A stretch of DNA of 20,000 nucleotides, from IMG/VR virus record IMGVR_UViG_3300042564_001445. The stretch is one strand, 5' to 3'. Below are positions 16,301-20,000 of the stretch, piece by piece. The position numbers and the translations under genes were made by a program. Within the stretch, counting starts at the first letter, position 1. Each line of letters starts with the position of its first letter. Origin of the DNA: an uncultured virus (IMG/VR IMGVR_UViG_3300042564_001445). Its lineage: Duplodnaviria > Heunggongvirae > Uroviricota > Caudoviricetes. The notes beneath the pieces were generated by a model that saw only the letters and a list, made by a program, of their open reading frames with translations, searched no databases and was not told where the DNA came from.

Positions 16301-19300
16301 TTTCTGTGCTTGTTTTGCAGCAGAAGTTCCTGATTCATATTTTGGTTTGCCCATCAACTGAGACTTAGTATAAGTCTTGTCTCCAGCTGAATGTATTTGA
16401 TCTGGGTTAAACACTACATACTGCTTAACATCATAACCTTCTTTGTCAGCTGTTCTTAGCACGACACCTTCTTTGTCAGTATTCTCAAGAACTTCATTCT
16501 CCTTCTTGCGTTCTGCTTCAAAAGAATTATTAAAGTCTGCTTCGTTATAATCAAATGTTTTTGCATCTAAGAATACCGGCATCTGGATATCTCCGTAAGC
16601 CTTAGCACCAGTTAATGTAGGAGTAAAGAATATTCCCTTTTTATGTATGCTATACCGCTTCTTGTCAGGATCTGTACTAAATCTATCAAACTCATTATAA
16701 GTTCCGTGATAGAACACTTGTGGCTCGCCGTTGTCGTCAACAAATTTTGATGCGTTTTCTGGATCGTTTTCCCAGTCTCCAAACCATTGCTTGAATTCTG
16801 GCGTGCGAACAGCATCGTATTGCTCTTTAGTCAAGTTAGAAGGCTTTCCGTTAGGAGCTAGTCTTACTTGTGATCTAGTAACAGTTGCATCAGGGAATGA
16901 TGTATTGTTGTAACCTAGTTTAGGGGCGAAGATTTTAGCTCCAATTATAACTTCAGGTTGAGTACCAATATGACTCAATTCAGGGGCGTTAAAAGTAGAC
17001 ATCCCATCCATTGATAATCCGCCAAATCTATACCCATATTTATTTAATGAAGACAAATTATTAACTGATAATTTTGATTCATCTAAAGTAATCTTTTCAA
17101 AATCAATATCATTAGATATATTTAATTCTGAAAATGTTAACCTAAACTTATCAATTGAAGCTATTGAAGGAATGTTTATTTTAGCGTCTCCACTTTCTTT
17201 AAAATCCCTTATTGTAAAATCTGCAATTCGATTTAATTTTTTTGCATCAAATATTGAATTTCCTTCTACATAAAAATTTACAATTTCTTCTGTATTCCCA
17301 AGATAAACTTTACCATTATCAACTTCTCCATCAAACATTTCTTTTGCAGACTCTGAATTAAATTCAGAGTTAGAAATTTTTAAATAATGAATTTTATCAA
17401 AAGAATCTGATATTATTTTAGATCCATTGCTTGCGTCAACGCTTACCCAAGATAAATCTAACCCTTTAGGAATTTCAATTTTAGAGTTATCAGATGCATT
17501 AAGATCATTTATTCCTCCTAAAAAATTATATTCAGATCGAACTTGTTCTTTTATAGATATATTGCTCCCTTTGCTTGCAGATATATTTACTGAGCTTCTT
17601 GATCCATCTGAAATATTAATTTTATCGATTGAAATACTTGATCCAGTATTAGCGACAACAGCCAATGCTCTGCTTCCTTCAAGCATTTCAATATTATTTA
17701 ACTTCAAATTAGAATCCAATTCTGATATTATAGTTTCTACATACTTTAAACTAGGTGCATTTATGTTCGATTGCGCAATACTAATTTTGGAGATTTCTTC
17801 TAATTTATCAATATTAACATCTTCCTCATTTACTTCATTTATTATTAAAGTACCTTTGCCAGATTTAAGATTAGGGGCATAAAATTTACCTCCATCTATG
17901 GTTAGATCAAATTTAGTAGAAGATCTTTTGCTTAAGAGCTGCTCCACTAATGGTATATTTAATGAGCTTTTACGTCCGACATTTGTGCCTATATAAGCAT
18001 CAAAAGTAAGAGATTTGATTTTTCCAAAAGTAAAGTTTACGGAAGTAGATGACTGCGGAATAAAAAATCCATCATTTCCCATAAATTCTAGCGAAGGAAA
18101 ATCTAAGGTAGCATCATTATTATCAGCAACAGATATCCCTTTAGTTATTGATTTTAATAATGGGGCTTTAACATTGGCTCCATCAAAACCTTTTAATCTG
18201 CCTAATATTCTTTCCAACTTAGGTAAATTATACTCTTTATTTAAAAGTCCTAAGAAATTTACTTTTCCAATAATTAAACGCAATTGATCATAGTTATTAT
18301 TTTCAAAATCAATATTAATTGCGTCATCACCTGTAGTACCTAATATTTCATTTGGCTTATAACCAAACTGCTCGAATACCTCTTGGGAATTTTTTAATAT
18401 TGTCTCTTTTGCAACTCTTAATGCATTGTTTTTTTCTCCATAAGATTTATCTTTCATTTCCAATAAATCCAAAATTTCATTTTCAGATTTTGCCTCAGAG
18501 TAATATTTCAAGACAGTATCTTTAATTAATTTATGGGTTTGTGCAAACCTGCTATCAAATAATTCTTTATCAAAATTGTCAGATTTGGCGTAAACATTTC
18601 TTGCCCAATCGTCAAATTCAGTAGGGTATAATGCAAATAATTTTTTAGAAACCTCGTCTGGCAATAAATCAATTATGTCTTTTAATTGATTTTGAATATC
18701 CACATCTTTTTTGTACTCTTCTCCTCCCGGCAATGTATTTACTATTTCATCTAATATCTCATTATCTTGAGGAAACAACGATTGCCCATCTCCTAAGCCG
18801 CGAACTTCCGAGATTCTATCTTTGCCATTATATCGTACCGCAATTCTAGCATCGCCTGTTTTGTTATCTACAAATGTGTAAAAATCTCCTCCACTAAGAT
18901 GAGAATTCGCGGTAGTCAATGCTCCCCCAGTACACCATTGTGCAGGATATTTATGTGACGTGCTTGCTATTTTATGTAAAGGTTTTGCGTCTTCAATGTT
19001 GCTAGATTGATTAAACTTCAACCAGTACCCTTCGCCTGTGTCACTTTGCTTGAAAACAAATGGAGCAAACTCAGAATTTTCAACTTCAATCTTAGGCATA
19101 TTAAGCATAGCAAATGCATATGCTCTACCGGGCTCTGTATTTAATTCTGCGTAATCAGAATATGCAGAAGAAAGGATGCCCGGTTGCATTGTAATGATAG
19201 GTTTCTCAGTATTGTTCAATTGGCTAGGCTTAATTGCGTCACGTTGAATTTGAGTTTCACCACCTTCTTCAGTACTTGGAACGACAGTATATCTACTAGC

Positions 19301-19999
19301 AATACTATCCTTAATCATTGCATACTGGAATGGCACACTATATGTATCATTACCTTTTAAGTATGCAATATTTGCAGTTAAAGAACCTTTTTGCTCTTTA
19401 GCCTTCTCTTTAATATAAGTATTTCTTTGATACTCATCGTCGCGAATCATCTTCCATTCGGTAAGATTATCTGTAAGCGCTGGATCTAATTCGTATTTCT
19501 TAACCTGAGCAGCAATGTACCCCGGCTTTAATTCAGTAAGATAGTATTTGTTTGAGTTATTTGCATCCGCCTCAATTTCATCCATCTCTTTCTTCATCTG
19601 CTCAATGATAGCGTCTTTGTCGCCAATAGCAAATAGCTTGTTGCCGCGATTCTCTTCCATCGCTAAAGCGCGCCCTAACCACAAGTCTTCAGGAGTCATT
19701 CCTTTAACAACTTTCAAATACTTCTTGAATTGATCTGAGTCGCCAAAATTGCCTTGTGAAATTTGAGATCTTGTAATAACGTCTTCAGGAGTAGAAGCGA
19801 TTGACTGATCCGCCTCCATTGTAGGGCGTGCATTATTAATAGAATTTTCAGCAGCATTTAACATAGCCGCCTCATGATACGCATCTGTTCCCGGAGTTAA
19901 TCCTTCTAAGCGAGCTTCTTGCGTAGGAGTAGGAGGGATAAAGTCTCTTAAATAGGAAACATCTACATTTCCTCCAACTTTTAATGCAGCAGCTAATCC
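13376..19999 (-). CDS. Giant polyvalent, probably virion-ejected protein, 5'-truncated by the window: WCT/PcfJ-like domain + LRR-like repeats + ART-PolyVal-like ADP-ribosyltransferase + LPD38-like C-terminal region
   Basis: Frame stays open from Met 19864 to the window edge (GLAAALKVGG...YHEAA), so the true start is upstream. WCTGG at 18923-18937; [AF]P.L..I repeats ~16900-18300; TPEFKQWFGDW...YHGT(16700-16711)...GIFFT...AY...VFL...YVVFNPDQI; AAYEAR...DY.RGG...LIPFFN (~14740-14830). Confidence 0.85.
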   Translation of the reverse strand, partial: GLAAALKVGGNVDVSYLRDFIPPTPTQEARLEGLTPGTDAYHEAAMLNAAENSINNARPTMEADQSIASTPEDVITRSQISQGNFGDSDQFKKYLKVVKGMTPEDLWLGRALAMEENRGNKLFAIGDKDAIIEQMKKEMDEIEADANNSNKYYLTELKPGYIAAQVKKYELDPALTDNLTEWKMIRDDEYQRNTYIKEKAKEQKGSLTANIAYLKGNDTYSVPFQYAMIKDSIASRYTVVPSTEEGGETQIQRDAIKPSQLNNTEKPIITMQPGILSSAYSDYAELNTEPGRAYAFAMLNMPKIEVENSEFAPFVFKQSDTGEGYWLKFNQSSNIEDAKPLHKIASTSHKYPAQWCTGGALTTANSHLSGGDFYTFVDNKTGDARIAVRYNGKDRISEVRGLGDGQSLFPQDNEILDEIVNTLPGGEEYKKDVDIQNQLKDIIDLLPDEVSKKLFALYPTEFDDWARNVYAKSDNFDKELFDSRFAQTHKLIKDTVLKYYSEAKSENEILDLLEMKDKSYGEKNNALRVAKETILKNSQEVFEQFGYKPNEILGTTGDDAINIDFENNNYDQLRLIIGKVNFLGLLNKEYNLPKLERILGRLKGFDGANVKAPLLKSITKGISVADNNDATLDFPSLEFMGNDGFFIPQSSTSVNFTFGKIKSLTFDAYIGTNVGRKSSLNIPLVEQLLSKRSSTKFDLTIDGGKFYAPNLKSGKGTLIINEVNEEDVNIDKLEEISKISIAQSNINAPSLKYVETIISELDSNLKLNNIEMLEGSRALAVVANTGSSISIDKINISDGSRSSVNISASKGSNISIKEQVRSEYNFLGGINDLNASDNSKIEIPKGLDLSWVSVDASNGSKIISDSFDKIHYLKISNSEFNSESAKEMFDGEVDNGKVYLGNTEEIVNFYVEGNSIFDAKKLNRIADFTIRDFKESGDAKINIPSIASIDKFRLTFSELNISNDIDFEKITLDESKLSVNNLSSLNKYGYRFGGLSMDGMSTFNAPELSHIGTQPEVIIGAKIFAPKLGYNNTSFPDATVTRSQVRLAPNGKPSNLTKEQYDAVRTPEFKQWFGDWENDPENASKFVDDNGEPQVFYHGTYNEFDRFSTDPDKKRYSIHKKGIFFTPTLTGAKAYGDIQMPVFLDAKTFDYNEADFNNSFEAERKKENEVLENTDKEGVVLRTADKEGYDVKQYVVFNPDQIHSAGDKTYTKSQLMGKPKYESGTSAAKQAQKNAEKVSLSDALIATQKEMTERNVNVSDALKNADMMQSFYNMYNKAGGTPYATRMFADARNEIYGTIDGKKLNKRDKGFLDDIILLRRTIAIDENFDNRKAAGEKVDRPLHTSFTDYVTKKEVSLSKEEAQKQLDALKEKVYEDNPAKLAELETRATRYFKAFSDILKYKLDNGLIDQGEYDMYKNYDYQPRKFLKFLLGDTPQSAFNTRGVQITKEEIAKISEGDTGYMMTDSEKLLKMGFVSAVNKVFANRAISWMAEEMEGKNLSWLKPANVDKYANGTEKLNPDGSPKLQDPDAGFRNMYYKKDGKRYAVQLKESFAREFQDEEMWDTRNWLYRTSVKALGANITSAMAVGINPAFIISNIPIDILSQVYYNNLYSSKFGVFGQMGKGFSGAIAKSLSIAKAKTGKGDNSDLLNLINEYGEAGGLMNTLAYETNVLGKVGDALGALGDISEMASKLTAYENKRNDLIREFQKKNGSDPNGVDYDKIKSQAAYEARAAMDYHRGGRTSKWLNGLIPFFNVTTQVGKISASYIKNNFPAFSKKVLQSGGAVMALTLYNMKMAGDDWENEDLKRAKRSKLIIMSPFKNADGTHSYTQIQVPTPIKAFWNVFQTMAEAAYYKGYAPMLGTKIPPVDKDYNKEMMESLKMFMPVATSQIPSTAKFFYEYATNQSLWNQRSLSQDNLRNITISEEGEENKDILSFYKTMAKGASKITDGSIEISPERFQKSSEDAFLTSPENQALLSGLYTITDQMTDLYVGGVDENTRSKYIEDGDFTEAGQALLKTFGKRIVGSTDKTKNELFYDSKEDAKFIERLQRKENSARQNVSNKIKTIFKNYKDADLPYTAAKPEIMEYYKSLTNKEDKEYAKNYIEMSIGKSKVQRTANIPKYLLIAYQAKSAKVKAMAIYEIFTKNGQDPMKDKVLQKDLGSIGFSDEVVKQYKKIVEMEEAKKPAPKVDSQAGLPEGFNPADYQPK

Positions 20000-20000
20000 T

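Noticed and set aside
12398..16815. Alternative-frame - strand ORFs 12398-12583, 13726-13932 and 16612-16815
   Set aside because: Nested in better-supported genes, with no independent evidence.
8081..19733. + strand ORFs antisense to the large - strand genes (8081, 9169, 9275, 9770, 10024, 10763, 11129, 11434, 14465, 16731, 17427, 18015, 19548)
   Set aside because: Shadow ORFs with Ser/Phe/Leu-rich composition typical of the reverse complement of Lys/Glu-rich genes, mostly with non-ATG starts.
19862..19864. Met at 19864 as the start of the giant gene
   Set aside because: The frame is open for at least 45 more codons to the window edge, with no A-rich initiation context.
1..20000. Stop-codon reassignment as in some crAss-like phages
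   Set aside because: The standard code gives near-complete tiling, including a 6.6-kb ORF; TAG and TGA end genes at sensible junctions.
1..20000. tRNA or rRNA genes
   Set aside because: Intergenic gaps are short, and none shows a cloverleaf or T-loop signature.

Overview
AT-rich, gene-dense segment of a dsDNA phage genome. The host is probably a Bacteroidota member: there are two exact TTTG-N19-TAnnTTTG promoters, and gene starts are A-rich without Shine-Dalgarno motifs. Bases 1-7453 (+ strand) hold about 25 small early/middle-type genes, including an SSB-like protein, a MazG-like protein, an XRE HTH, RusA-like and PD-(D/E)XK nucleases and a small lipoprotein. Bases 7454-20000 (- strand) converge on them with zero gap and carry the 3' part of a giant (>2200 aa, open past the window edge) polyvalent protein (WCT/PcfJ-like domain, LRR-like repeats, ART-PolyVal-like ADP-ribosyltransferase, LPD38-like C-terminus), a ferritin/Dps-like gene, small basic proteins and two HNH-type genes. 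Most striking is a tandem pair of paralogous HExxH metallopeptidase genes. They share an identical N-terminal tag (MASILDFS), a ~160-aa module (~73% identical by manual alignment) and a C-terminal tag (GKSLMDxASA), but have unrelated-looking catalytic regions, like a polymorphic effector cassette. The giant protein has a recurring T[RK]SQ linker at its module boundaries. All family calls are from motif recognition by eye; no searches were run.
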